A stretch of DNA of 64,000 bases from Hormiphora californensis (Eukaryota > Animalia > Ctenophora), in the NCBI GenBank assembly GCA_020137815.1, contig CM035352.1, positions 6,758,001-6,822,000 of the forward strand, written 5' to 3'. Below the pieces are notes generated by a model. It was not told the DNA's origin. It was given only the letters and a program-made list of their open reading frames with translations, and did no database searches. Below are positions 37,701 through 49,551 of this stretch, piece after piece (the stretch's first letter is position 1; each line of letters starts with the position of its first letter). Position numbers and translations under genes: made by a program.

Positions 37701-38467
37701 CTCTCCATCCCCCTCCAATCCTTTTCTTCATCTCCTCCCCAAACTCTTTCCCCCCTCTCTCTCCCCATCTCTATCTCTCCTTCCTCCATCTCTCTCCGTG
37801 GCACACCAACAACTCTTCTCCCAAGTCACTGCATCTGGGGTAGACCCCTCCAAAATGAACGGCTCTCAGAGAAAGTGGGACATTGTAAGCGCTCTGTGTG
37901 TGCGCGCGCATCAGTAATGTCCTCGATACTGCCAGACCATCTTCCCCATCCCAGTCACCCTCCTCCACCCTGACCTTTCTATCCTTCTCTAGCAGCTTGT
38001 AACATGGTGTGCCAGCAAGTCAAGACGATATCACGACCTTACTGTTAGAGAGTGCTCAGGTAAGACTCCTTGATTTCAACTTGATGGCCAATAAGTTCTA
38101 ACAGTAGTCCACCTCCTTCAGAGAAAGCGCACAAGGAGAGGGAAGTTTGTTCGTTCGTCTTACTGCTGTGGAGAGAGAGTTGTGTGTACGTGTAATCAGA
38201 GATATAAATAGCGTCTCCTGCCTATAACTTCATTGTAAGTAGAACGTGAGAGGCATGTACCGCTCTCCCTCTCTCTCTCTGAATTTCAATGCCAAACCCG
38301 AATCCCATGTTGTATCCCTGACATGGGTAATTAGAAATGTTAGTTTTAAATTAATGTAAATTATTTAGTCCTTCTTTTATTTCCCTAAATGGCATAATTT
38401 TCTCATGGTCACCAATTATCAGATGTTCTAACACTCAACTAATTAACTAATCCTCCCCTATTTTCAG

Positions 38468-41400
38468 ATGTCCACGTCCAGTCTGGCTCTCCTTATGTCA
38501 GCCTATCCATCCTCCCCTGAGGACAGTGACTCCTCGACCCTTCCCTCATCATCCAAAGCTCCCCTCCCTCGCACTGACTCCTCCAGCTCCCTGCCAGCCC
38601 AAGAATCCTCCTCCCAGTGCAGTGAGATCCCAGTAAAAGAGGAGATCTTGGAATATACAGATGGGGAGGGTAGTTATTTCTATGTGCCTCCTGAGGAGGT
38701 AGAGGGTTCTGACCAGGAGGGACCAACATACCTCCCTGAACAAGAATTCACCTCCTTAGACCGGTCTATCACCGGGGCAACTCTATGGAATATGGAGGAC
38801 TCACATTTTGCATCACTCCTCCACAATTTAGGTCTCATTCGCCGTGATGCCGCCGCTGCAATCTCTGCCCTACCCTCCATTCACAAACACAAGCTATCAG
38901 TTCTTTTGAAAAGTTGGTCCCCACAGAAGGCATTCACTGACTGTCTCATCGAATTCACTGACTGTGATCACCATTATGGGCCAGTAGGGTATGATACTGT
39001 CCTGGTTACTGACCCTATCATGAGTGCCAAGTATGATGTCATCAAGGACGGTCTCAATCAGTTGGAGGTAGAACGAAAACAACTTGATGAGTTCTACAAC
39101 TTCACTGAGGAAAAGAGCTTCTTTTTTGAGAAGTGTAAAGTCTGTGGAAACATGTATGCTAACAGCCTGGGTCTCCGGCAGCACGTCGCACACATGCATC
39201 CTAATGTTAACATCGAGGAGTTGTTGAAGAAGGAAGAGGGGTTGTTTCCGTGTTTGAAGTGTCGGCGATCCTTCAACTCCCAGGCTCAGCTAAAGAAACA
39301 CTTTCAAAAGGCACATCTGCCCAGGGATGGGGGCGAACTGAATTTTAAGTGTTCACACTGTGGGGAGCACTTCAAAACACGGGTCCTACTTCACCGCCAC
39401 ACCTCTGATAAACACCGTAACAGAAACAAGGCTGAGGCAGCGGAACTCCACGAACCCTGGTCCTGTGAGATCTGCAAGAATGTGTTTTACAAGAAGGGAA
39501 ATTTCCTAAAACACATGCAGAAGGTACATGGTAAAATGAAGGTCTCAGAGCGACTCCTAAACTCAGCTAAACTGTCTGCTCAGTTGAACCTACAAGCTAT
39601 TGAGGAGGAGAAACAGGCAGCTAGGGAGCTGGAGAAGGCGGAGAATCCCTCTCCACGGACCCGGAGAGAGCGCAGGAAACCGGCTACTAAACCAAAGGTT
39701 GAACCAGAACCTACACCATCTCCCAGGAAATCTCGAAGTGGGAGGCATGCTCCTAGGAGGCTGATTGTGGAGGATTCTCCTCCCCCTACACCCCCTCCAC
39801 CAAAACCTGCCCCCTCCCTGCCTGCACCCTCACCACCATCCTCCAAAGAAGTGAACGTCACCTGTCTATTTTGTAAACTCTCCTTCGCCTCATACACCGA
39901 TCTCCAGCTCCACTGTTCCGAGGTACATCGTCATGGCAACAAGATTCTCCTTCTCAAGATGTTCACTATTATAGACGGGGGTGGTAGTGGTGGTGATGAG
40001 AATACCTACCAGTGTATCTTATGTTCAGGGGTCTCCAACACCCCACCAATGGCGTTATCTCACCTTCAAACAGCACATATTGACACCCCTGCTGATGAGG
40101 GGGGTGCTTCAAGTTCTAAATTAGAGGAACCACCCGGAGGTGGAGGGGATCAGGATGCCTCCTCACCAGTGGATCTGTTTGATGGGCCAACCTGTCGGTT
40201 CTGCCACAAGACCTTCAAAAATGTGAAGATCAAGCGGAAGCACGAGAAGACGGTACACAAAGACCAAAGTATTGTGTGTCTGTACTGTTTTATCCCCATA
40301 GTCAACAGGACAGAGCTAACTAAACACATCAAACGAGAACACAGTGGATCTAAAAGTCTCTTCAAATGTAGGTGGTGCGATGAGCACTTTCCCTCCATTC
40401 CCAAGAGATGTTCTCATATGAAGGAGCAACATTCCAATCAAGTTGCAAAGATCAAACAGACACCTTTATCACCCGCCCCAACCCCCTCTACCTCATCAAG
40501 TAGCACCTGTGAGGAGAGTGAGTCACAACAAGAGGGGTCAGAGCGCACGTGCGTGTTCTGCTTTTCATCCTTCTCAACTAAAGATGGTCTTGTCCAACAC
40601 ATTGCCCTCTACCACTCCAAGACACCTAAGCGACCCTACAAGTGCAAGTGGTGTGAGATCACTTTTGAGACCCTCTACCAGCGGAGTGTCCACATGAAGG
40701 AGTCTCATGACATAGGGGACCAGAAGGCCAAGACTCCTGAACAACACGCCCTAACAGGTCTCTGGAGCAACCCCAAATCAGCCCCGGAGTTGGTTAGGGT
40801 GTGTAGATTGTGTAATGGTGAGGTGACCAGCATGGTTCTAAAGAGGCATCTGATCGAACACCGGGAGTTGGACCACTTTGTGTGTTTATTTTGTGATAAA
40901 ACAGTGCCCAGTATCGGGGGGATAAAGTCCCACATTCTCCGGAACCATCCATTTATCACCAGTAGACAGGTGGAGAAGTCAGGGTTGGTAGGGGTTGTTG
41001 ATATTGAACGGATGGCAAACATTGAACGTGCCCACGCCACCGCATCTGATCTCCATACACCATCAGCAAGAAGGGTTAACCTATCCGGACCACTGGAACC
41101 CCCTCCTCCCAGGATAACCGCAGAATCGGACATTGTATTCCCCTGTACGGTGTGTTTTGAGGTGTTATCCGTGGTGGATCACGTGACAAGGGAACACTGG
41201 CAGGATCACCACACGAATAATGGTAACCATGGTAACGCGAGCAATGGTAACCATGTTAACACAACAAGTAATGGTAACCATGGTAACGGAGAACAGGATG
41301 GTACATCATGGGGGTGTACTATTTGTGAACAGCGGTTCACTGATCGTGCTACATTTACCTTCCACATGACCCACCACGCCAGTGACAGCGTTACCTTTGC

Positions 41401-44400
41401 ACAAAGTCACGTGGATATCCAAAATACGTGTGGATATTGTAGTCTGACAGTTGAGACACAACAATCTCTGGAGGGCCATCTTCTGATCCACCGAGCAGTT
41501 GGACATTTTAACTGCATCTTCTGTCGAGCTAAATCAGGCAGCCTTGAAATTATGAAGCAGCATATCTCCCAGGCTCATCTTGATGGAGAGGCGCTGGCTA
41601 ATGATCCCTCGAGACATCTCAATGAGACACCTTTTAATAGCTCCATTTTCAAATGTAGCATCTGTCTGAAAATGTGTAACAACCAATTCAACCTCAACTC
41701 CCACACTAAAGCTCACATTTTGGGGGGTAAACCGTGCCAATTGTGTAACTACAAGTTCAGAGACATGGGGACGTTAAAGAATCACCTGACACTAGTTCAC
41801 GGTGCGAGTGATGAGTATATAACAGCGCTGGATGCGGGGGCAACATCACGGTGTGATGCGGTCCCTGATTATTGTGAGCTATGTGACCGGACCTTCTCAT
41901 CCCAGGGACGATTCCAGAAACACCGGAAGGCATGTCGAGAGAGTTTCCTGAAGCAGGACTACCAGAGTCCGGTGTTGTTGAGTTTGTTGGATACACCGGA
42001 TAGGAGCAGGGAGAATAGCGGGGCTCAGGAGGAAGGGGAGGAGGAGGAAGAGGATTTGGAGTTTCTTCCTGCTAACCTCCCTATCAAGTCTGATCCCTCC
42101 TCAACACCTCCCTCTTCCTCAGAATCACCACACAGTTACAACACCCGGAAGCGACCTCGATCCTACACTAACATTATCCCAGCAAAACTTCTAACTGTTT
42201 CCTACGCAGACTACGCCAGGCAATCCTATTCAGCTGCTAAACGGATGTCGTCACCCCTCAAAAAACCTGATTCCTCAGATTTAGCTAAGGTGACCTCAAC
42301 TGTATCAGCACTATCTGGTACACCCTCCATGGTAGCTAGTGATGTTGGCACCACCATGTCTTGTGAAGTGTGTGATCTGAACTTCTCCTCCCACAAACAA
42401 CTCTACTGGCACCGTCACACCAAGCGGCACCTTGCCATGGAGATCCAGGCGAGTGGCCCATCAGCAGTGAGCCGGGGGAAACATATGTGCGACATGTGTG
42501 ACCATGGTTACAATTGTAAGAAACAGTTACATTGGCACAAGAAGATTACACATGGTCCCCAACCACAACAAACTCTAGCACCCAAACCACCCTCCATGGT
42601 GCCTGACCCCCTCGTATACGCACCTCCAAAACCCATCGAACTGAAACCTAGTTCTCCTCCTCTTCCGGCTACTGCTGCAGAGCCTCCCCCCAAAATTGAC
42701 TCGCAACTCTGGTGGAAGAATGTGACTAACCCTGGTGGTCCTCGTGGTAGTGATCAGAAAGTAGGTGCTGTGCCGGTGAAGCTGTCTGTGTCTCTCGGAA
42801 ATAAGGATGAAAAGTTTGATGAAGGAGCACAACAGGGAGATGATGTCATGGGAGGGGGAGAAAGCAGCTCTGGTTGTCAAAACGGTAATGGTAGTAATGA
42901 ACCAGAAATTAAATCGGAAGTTCAGGCAACTGAAAAAATCGAACCGGAAACTGCCCCCTCTTCCCCGTCTAGTCATGAACTGGATGATAAAACAGTTGAT
43001 ACACCCTCTGTTGTTGTTGCTAAACCCACCAAGTCGTTCAACTGTGAGTTGTGTCAGGTTGACTTTAAATCCAACAAACAGCTGTACAACCACAAACGAA
43101 CCTTGGCCCACATCCAACTCTCCAAGAAACTCGATCCCACCCACACTGATGTGTTCTACACGTGTGAAGAGTGCCAACTTGATTTCCAATCGTATAAACA
43201 ACTGTGGAACCACAGACACTCCTTGCAACACTGGGAGTTGTCTCAGAGGTTGAAGCAACAACGGGAGGAAGGGGAGGGTGCAGGCGAGGGTGGTGAGATT
43301 GGAGGTAGTTCTGAGGCTGGTAACAATGGGAGCAGTGCTACTGAAGGTGGTACTGCAGCTGATAGAAAAGAGGGTAGTATTGCTGCTGGTAACAATGGAG
43401 GCAGTTCTGCAGCGGCTAGTGTAGACGGGGACAGTACTGTTGCATGGAAGGGGGTGGCAGAGGAAGGGGGAAATACAGCTGTAACAACTCGGTCATCCTC
43501 AACAAAAGAGCAACCCCCAGCACAACAGCCAGAGGAGAGTTGTAACTACGTCTGTCTAGATTGTGACTGTGTGTTTACCCACCAAATCCAGATGAAACAA
43601 CATCGAACCAACTACAATCATCAGATTATCACCATCGTTACCGCTCCTTGGCAGAAACCATCAGCTAGTTCCTCACCTAAACAAACTGAGAAACAGCAGC
43701 CCCCTCCTGCACCACCCCGTGTCCCAGCCAAGTGCTCCAAGGGTATGATATGTAGTGACAAGATACCATGTCGCTACCACCAACCTAAGAAACCCGCACC
43801 TGACAAACACGCTCCATATCACTGTGAGAAGTGTAATCTCCCCTTCACAGCTCTCCGAGCATACACGGTACACTGCAAGCAGCACTTGGAGGAAGGATTC
43901 AAGTGTAAGTTATGCAAACAAAAGTTCCAGTTCCGGAACTACAACAATGTTAAAAGACATCTGACAAAGATACACAAGGTGACTTCAGAGAAGGCAAAGG
44001 ATTACTTGGAAACATTTCATAGCTACAACCAGAATCAGGGTGAGGATGAGAATTGTGTTGAGAAGTTGTTAGAGGATGCCGGCCTGACTTTGGATCGGGT
44101 TGAAGAACATAAGAACTGGGTTACCACAGTAGACTGCAAATACTGCCGGATCTCATTCGAGTGTGTTGGGGACATGTTGGTTCACGTTACTAGTGAACAC
44201 GATTCAACCTACCACCTGAGTTACCTACAGAGGTTTCTAGGTGATGAGGGGAGTAGTGAGGGAAGTGTAGATGACCATTCCCTGAGTGATGCTGAACTGG
44301 ACGGGGAATCTACCGTCCCTCTGATTAGGATAAAGAGACCTCTTATTGGAGGTGATGGGAGCTCTGGCAAGAAGCCAAAGTTTGGTTCTAAACTGATTAC

Positions 44401-45019
44401 ACCATCAGCTGCTGACAACTCAGTTGGAGGTGAGGAGGGAGAGAGTACGGTGGGCACTAAACGACAGTATGTGTGTATACTTTGTAATCATGGTTTTACT
44501 GTTTATCTCGCTTGGTGGTATCACTCTAAACGGGAACATGGCTTCTCTAACGTCAGTTATTACGGGGGATCACCGGATAGCAAGCTACCTGGTAAGAGTT
44601 ATGAGAGCAGCTGTAAGAAGAATGTCCGGGCCGAATGTCCTGAGTGTAGGGCTATATTCAGTCAGCGGCTACTCCTCGAGGAACACCTAGCTGTCCACAA
44701 GAAACCAAAATGTTTCCGATGTGACTTCTGTTGTAAACGGTTCAACTCCTGCAAGAACGCCTCACGACACAGGTTGAAGTGTCACACTGTGGTCACCTAT
44801 GGTAGGAAGTGGTGGGTGTGCAGGGAGTGTGATGGGGTGCAGTTTCCCAGAGCGGAGGATCTGATAGATCATGTTCAGGAGAATCACTATACAGGGGGCG
44901 AGGGACAGGACAATGCAGCGGTCACCTTCTGTTGTCCTACATGTGGGAAGGTTTACAACAAGGAGAGTACCTTTGAGGCGCATATCAAGGAATGTGATCC
45001 TGAGAATATTCGGGACTGA
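38468..45019 (+). CDS. 2183-aa multi-zinc-finger protein (about 33 C2H2/C2HC/matrin-type fingers) in one uninterrupted ORF
   Basis: Repeated CxxC-x12-HxxxxH units without TGEKP linkers. The ATG directly follows a ttttcag acceptor, so an upstream exon is possible. Confidence 0.92.
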   Translation: MSTSSLALLMSAYPSSPEDSDSSTLPSSSKAPLPRTDSSSSLPAQESSSQCSEIPVKEEILEYTDGEGSYFYVPPEEVEGSDQEGPTYLPEQEFTSLDRSITGATLWNMEDSHFASLLHNLGLIRRDAAAAISALPSIHKHKLSVLLKSWSPQKAFTDCLIEFTDCDHHYGPVGYDTVLVTDPIMSAKYDVIKDGLNQLEVERKQLDEFYNFTEEKSFFFEKCKVCGNMYANSLGLRQHVAHMHPNVNIEELLKKEEGLFPCLKCRRSFNSQAQLKKHFQKAHLPRDGGELNFKCSHCGEHFKTRVLLHRHTSDKHRNRNKAEAAELHEPWSCEICKNVFYKKGNFLKHMQKVHGKMKVSERLLNSAKLSAQLNLQAIEEEKQAARELEKAENPSPRTRRERRKPATKPKVEPEPTPSPRKSRSGRHAPRRLIVEDSPPPTPPPPKPAPSLPAPSPPSSKEVNVTCLFCKLSFASYTDLQLHCSEVHRHGNKILLLKMFTIIDGGGSGGDENTYQCILCSGVSNTPPMALSHLQTAHIDTPADEGGASSSKLEEPPGGGGDQDASSPVDLFDGPTCRFCHKTFKNVKIKRKHEKTVHKDQSIVCLYCFIPIVNRTELTKHIKREHSGSKSLFKCRWCDEHFPSIPKRCSHMKEQHSNQVAKIKQTPLSPAPTPSTSSSSTCEESESQQEGSERTCVFCFSSFSTKDGLVQHIALYHSKTPKRPYKCKWCEITFETLYQRSVHMKESHDIGDQKAKTPEQHALTGLWSNPKSAPELVRVCRLCNGEVTSMVLKRHLIEHRELDHFVCLFCDKTVPSIGGIKSHILRNHPFITSRQVEKSGLVGVVDIERMANIERAHATASDLHTPSARRVNLSGPLEPPPPRITAESDIVFPCTVCFEVLSVVDHVTREHWQDHHTNNGNHGNASNGNHVNTTSNGNHGNGEQDGTSWGCTICEQRFTDRATFTFHMTHHASDSVTFAQSHVDIQNTCGYCSLTVETQQSLEGHLLIHRAVGHFNCIFCRAKSGSLEIMKQHISQAHLDGEALANDPSRHLNETPFNSSIFKCSICLKMCNNQFNLNSHTKAHILGGKPCQLCNYKFRDMGTLKNHLTLVHGASDEYITALDAGATSRCDAVPDYCELCDRTFSSQGRFQKHRKACRESFLKQDYQSPVLLSLLDTPDRSRENSGAQEEGEEEEEDLEFLPANLPIKSDPSSTPPSSSESPHSYNTRKRPRSYTNIIPAKLLTVSYADYARQSYSAAKRMSSPLKKPDSSDLAKVTSTVSALSGTPSMVASDVGTTMSCEVCDLNFSSHKQLYWHRHTKRHLAMEIQASGPSAVSRGKHMCDMCDHGYNCKKQLHWHKKITHGPQPQQTLAPKPPSMVPDPLVYAPPKPIELKPSSPPLPATAAEPPPKIDSQLWWKNVTNPGGPRGSDQKVGAVPVKLSVSLGNKDEKFDEGAQQGDDVMGGGESSSGCQNGNGSNEPEIKSEVQATEKIEPETAPSSPSSHELDDKTVDTPSVVVAKPTKSFNCELCQVDFKSNKQLYNHKRTLAHIQLSKKLDPTHTDVFYTCEECQLDFQSYKQLWNHRHSLQHWELSQRLKQQREEGEGAGEGGEIGGSSEAGNNGSSATEGGTAADRKEGSIAAGNNGGSSAAASVDGDSTVAWKGVAEEGGNTAVTTRSSSTKEQPPAQQPEESCNYVCLDCDCVFTHQIQMKQHRTNYNHQIITIVTAPWQKPSASSSPKQTEKQQPPPAPPRVPAKCSKGMICSDKIPCRYHQPKKPAPDKHAPYHCEKCNLPFTALRAYTVHCKQHLEEGFKCKLCKQKFQFRNYNNVKRHLTKIHKVTSEKAKDYLETFHSYNQNQGEDENCVEKLLEDAGLTLDRVEEHKNWVTTVDCKYCRISFECVGDMLVHVTSEHDSTYHLSYLQRFLGDEGSSEGSVDDHSLSDAELDGESTVPLIRIKRPLIGGDGSSGKKPKFGSKLITPSAADNSVGGEEGESTVGTKRQYVCILCNHGFTVYLAWWYHSKREHGFSNVSYYGGSPDSKLPGKSYESSCKKNVRAECPECRAIFSQRLLLEEHLAVHKKPKCFRCDFCCKRFNSCKNASRHRLKCHTVVTYGRKWWVCRECDGVQFPRAEDLIDHVQENHYTGGEGQDNAAVTFCCPTCGKVYNKESTFEAHIKECDPENIRD

Positions 45020-45757
45020 TATCACACGGGATTGTGTTCCGGGATTGATATCACGGGACTTCTTTGTTGCTGGGCTTATCAGGGAATATATCGCGGGATT
45101 CGCCAGGGGATTTTAATTGAGGGATGAATATCAATATATTCCCTGCTGGTTTGGTGAAGTTTCCGGGGTAACTCTGTGTTTGGAGAATTGACCCTCTTTG
45201 AACTAGGATTGAATTAGGATAAATTGAGCTGTGAGCTGTGTTTATTTTGTGTGTTCATCTTGATGAATTGAACTCTAGAAAGAGGTATTACAATCTTGAG
45301 CCGGTTTATTTTTGAAAAAAAGCAGCTGAAAATGTGTAGAGACTACGATCTCAAATGTGTCTCATTTTTAGGGTCTTTAATTATTTATGGTTTTGTATTT
45401 TTCTTGTGTGAATCATCTCTCTTCATTTTACCACCCCCTTTATATAACGAGTCATAGAATATAAACATCAGATCTGCTGTTACCAAAACGAAATGTGCAT
45501 AATTTACAAAATAATAATCGGAAGAAATCAATCTCCCCGCCCTCCTGATAAATCTCTCTGATTATTTATCATGGCCCTAATGAGAGATTAGGGCCATGAT
45601 AAATAGTCACAACTCTGATTAAGTCCAAACTACGTTAGATCGAGCCCCAACTGTTGATATAGTCCCATTTTAGATAGAGTCCCGTATTAAATTGGATCCG
45701 GTGGTTAGATTGAATCCGGTGTTAGATTGAATCCGGTGTTAGATTGAATCCCAGTTG

Positions 45758-47586
45758 TTAGATAGATTGAGGGGGTGATGGCATGGGGCTGGTTTTGTTA
45801 GTTGGCCGAGCTAGGACGGTATTCTGGCAGACTGTTGCTATGGTCACCGCCTGCACTGAACTGTCTGGCGTCTGGGAAAGAGGGATGGGGTTAGTAAACT
45901 ATATTTCATCTGCTAGATCGGATTGTTCAGTGCCACCCAACTTCTGGTAAAATGATGGGACTGGGTACCTTGTATTTCCAGTAAGAGTGTGTTTTCCGTT
46001 CATCTTTGTTCCTACAATAGTAATCCCATGTCGTCCACCTGTAATAACAGGGGGAGGGGTGTGAGGTACAGGAAACTGGGGGTCTGGGTGGTATTTTCAG
46101 GCTGAATTGGTGTGGAGAGAGGGGGAGAGGTGTCGCCTACCCATGATATAGGAGATAGAGATGTAGCCGCAGTAGGTTTGTCACCAGTACAAATGCCACG
46201 GCCATTAGAAGAAGTAAAACTATCAATAACGTTACTAAAATTGCCGGATCAACCGACCGTCCCAATATCTTGGGCGTGATAGTCCAATCTGAAAATTTGG
46301 GAAAATTAGATAAGTAACAGCAGATCTGACCACAGAATAATTTCCTGAGAGAAAGCAACAATTTTCCTCTGAGCTGTTGCCTGTCGAAGACCGGCAGTGT
46401 TCTCAGATCTGCTCGGTGCCGCCAGACAGGAGGAATGTCCACTTCCTCCTACCGCGCGCCATTTCCCACCACATGTTGTTTTCTTCAGAACGCTCCGCGC
46501 GCGCGTCCTCTCGACTCCAATACCGAGACCTCGCGCGTTCCAAACAAGGATAATTGATCCTGTGTTCGTGTTCCCTAGCAACCAAGCATAACAACCCTAA
46601 TCCGCATCAAATTCCCGTACCTAAATCAGCAAGAAACTGTCTCTGCTTAAAACTCAGTCTATATAAAACGTAGGTAGTGTTTCCCATAACTATAAGAGCG
46701 TATGTAGATGCCGAGAGAAGGAGTCCTATGTAGCACCTGCGAGTGGAGATTGTGTGAGAGAGAGGGGGTATAAATTACAACTTTCTAGCGTGTGGAAGAG
46801 GGCTTTAAATTAGTAGAGCACGTGGCCAGGGTACACGCACCACATTGTGGTCCATGACCAGCTAGCGCATAATTACTACTACTGCAGGGGGGGGGGCTAC
46901 TACGAGATTGCAGATGACGGTATGGAGTATTACTGTTATGTGGTGGTATGTTGCTCAACAAGTAATATGATGGTATGTACGGTATCTATACACCTAATAA
47001 AAAAGTGGCCAGCTGGTCCCACTGGGGAGTAAAGCTACACTGAAATGTTTCATCGCGATGGTAATTAGAGATTCATTAAACTAACCCATAGTTGTGCCTT
47101 CCCACACAGTTGTTGATGTAATCACAGTGATGATCGAACCTTAGAACACACTTGTTGCAGTGAGAACAGTGCCTGCTCGTTTTATCTCTGAAACATGTTG
47201 TTGTTAACAATACAATTGTAATTTAGAAATTGAACTCAATATCATATATGATTAGATGACTGGTTAAAATGGTCTATTACTTTTTAGTGCACGAGGCCGA
47301 AGGCCGAGTGTTCTAAATACAACAATAATGAACCGAGACTGGCAGGTCGAGGTAGATCCTTTTACTTAGCTGCCGAGCCTGCGAGGCACGCTAAGTGTAA
47401 CTACTGAGCGAGCCTGCGAGCTCTGTAGTTGTACTTTTGGGCCGAGCCTGCGAGGCCTAAAAGTGAAAGAATCTTTAACATTATTGTTGTGTAATAGAGC
47501 ATGTAAAAGCAGTCATCTAATTTTATTAGATGATTTTGGAAACAAACTGAGTGAACGAGATAAAGATTGAGCGAGTGAGTGAGAGA

Positions 47587-47668
<82 letters not shown>

Positions 47669-49459
47669 GAGAAAGAGAATGTGTGTGAGAGAGATAGGGA
47701 AAGAGAGAATCGAAGGCAGAGAGGGAAAGCAGATGCAGGACGCTCATTGGAATGGTGCCATCACGTGACGATCACGTGACCTATAGTTGCAGAGGGGAAG
47801 AAAAGATAAGGGTTAAAGCGTGTGTGACGATCACGTGACCTAGAAGAGTTGCAACATGTCGCAGAGGGAAAGAAAAGATAAGCGTGTGCTGTTGCGTGTG
47901 CAGTAGTTAGGGCGTGTGTACTGTGTAGTGACGTAATGTTCACACTGTGTGCGTGTGACTAGAAAGTGTTTAATTTTTCACATACCACTGCAGCGGTATT
48001 TTACTTTATAATTACTAGTGTTTTTGCAGTGGTCTAAAATTTCACAGTACACTTTAACCACCGGAAACGGTGTACTGTGAAAACTTAGATAACCGGTTAA
48101 AATTGTCTAATAATGATTAATTACAAGTTGTAATTAATCGTTATGAGATTGGAGACTTGAATATGGGTTTGTTTGTTACATAACTGATGGTTGTTTGGTC
48201 TCGGAGGGATTCTATGATATCATTATATTAGATTTGGGGTGTTTGTGATCACGAAATTATGTTGGTCAATGATCTAATTAATGATCTAATTAAAACAACT
48301 ACCTGGAGGTAAATCTTATAACTGTGATACCCGATAGGTCATGATCAGATCTGTAACAAGCCGAATTGCAATTCCTGATACACGTCTACATGATATTTGT
48401 TCAACGTGTTCATTGCATCGAGATGACACTTTATAGTCCGTAAGATAGTGTGTATGATAACACATACTATTCACGTTGAGAAGAGCCGGGGGTAATCTGC
48501 GTCATACTCATAGATAACCCCCAACTCCCTCCCGGATGTCCAGTTTTAACTTTTAACAGAATGAGAAAAAACGGGGGGGGGGGGGGGATCAACCGAAATG
48601 TTTCATTCTCTTGACGTCATCATGATAGAAAAACCAACTTGAAGTGTGACGTCCTCGCTAGCTTGACAGCTGCAGGGGTGGGGTCGAATCTTGACAGATC
48701 TGCCGGTACCATGACAACTGTGTTATTGACGTCTTCAAATACAGAAAAACAATCCAATATACTGAAATTAAAGAACTGAATATTTTTTCTGTAACAGCTG
48801 TAATCTGTTTGAAAAGAAACTCAAACTGTCAGACCCCCGTCAGACTTGACTTGTCAGACGAGCTTGTCTGACAAGGAGAGAAAGTTCAGAAATGCGAGTA
48901 TAGATTTCTTAAAGACTGTCATTCTTCCCCACATAATATTTCGATAACAGTTTGCTCCTAACAAGCAAAAAAGGGGGAAGAGAGAACGATAGTGTGAGCG
49001 AGTCAACTATTATCTTGTTATGTTCTAACCCCCCTCGCGAAAAGGGGGTCGAGCTTGTTATGTTCTAACCCTCCCTTTACATTTGTAAAGGAAGTGTGAT
49101 TCGGGGGCGGGGCGCCCGAAACACAGTCTAGTCAGGCAAGGTCGAGTAGGCAACTATTATCAGGGGCCCTGTGCTGATAATATGCTGCAGTTGACGACTT
49201 CTATAGATGTAGCCCTGATTCAGGGCTACAGCTATAGAAGTTGTCAACTGCAGCATATATTTACACCCGGGGCTTCCTTTCCTATTTTATGAATTTATTT
49301 ATTAAAACCGCTTAATTCACGAGTTTTTCAATCAACTTTTGACAACACGTTCCCCCTCTCTGTACAGTATACTACTACACCACGTACCCTGTTTCAACTA
49401 GATTATAATACACAAGGATCCCGGTAAGATTGCTAAATTAAATGGCAAGATGGTGGCGC

Positions 49460-49551
<92 letters not shown>

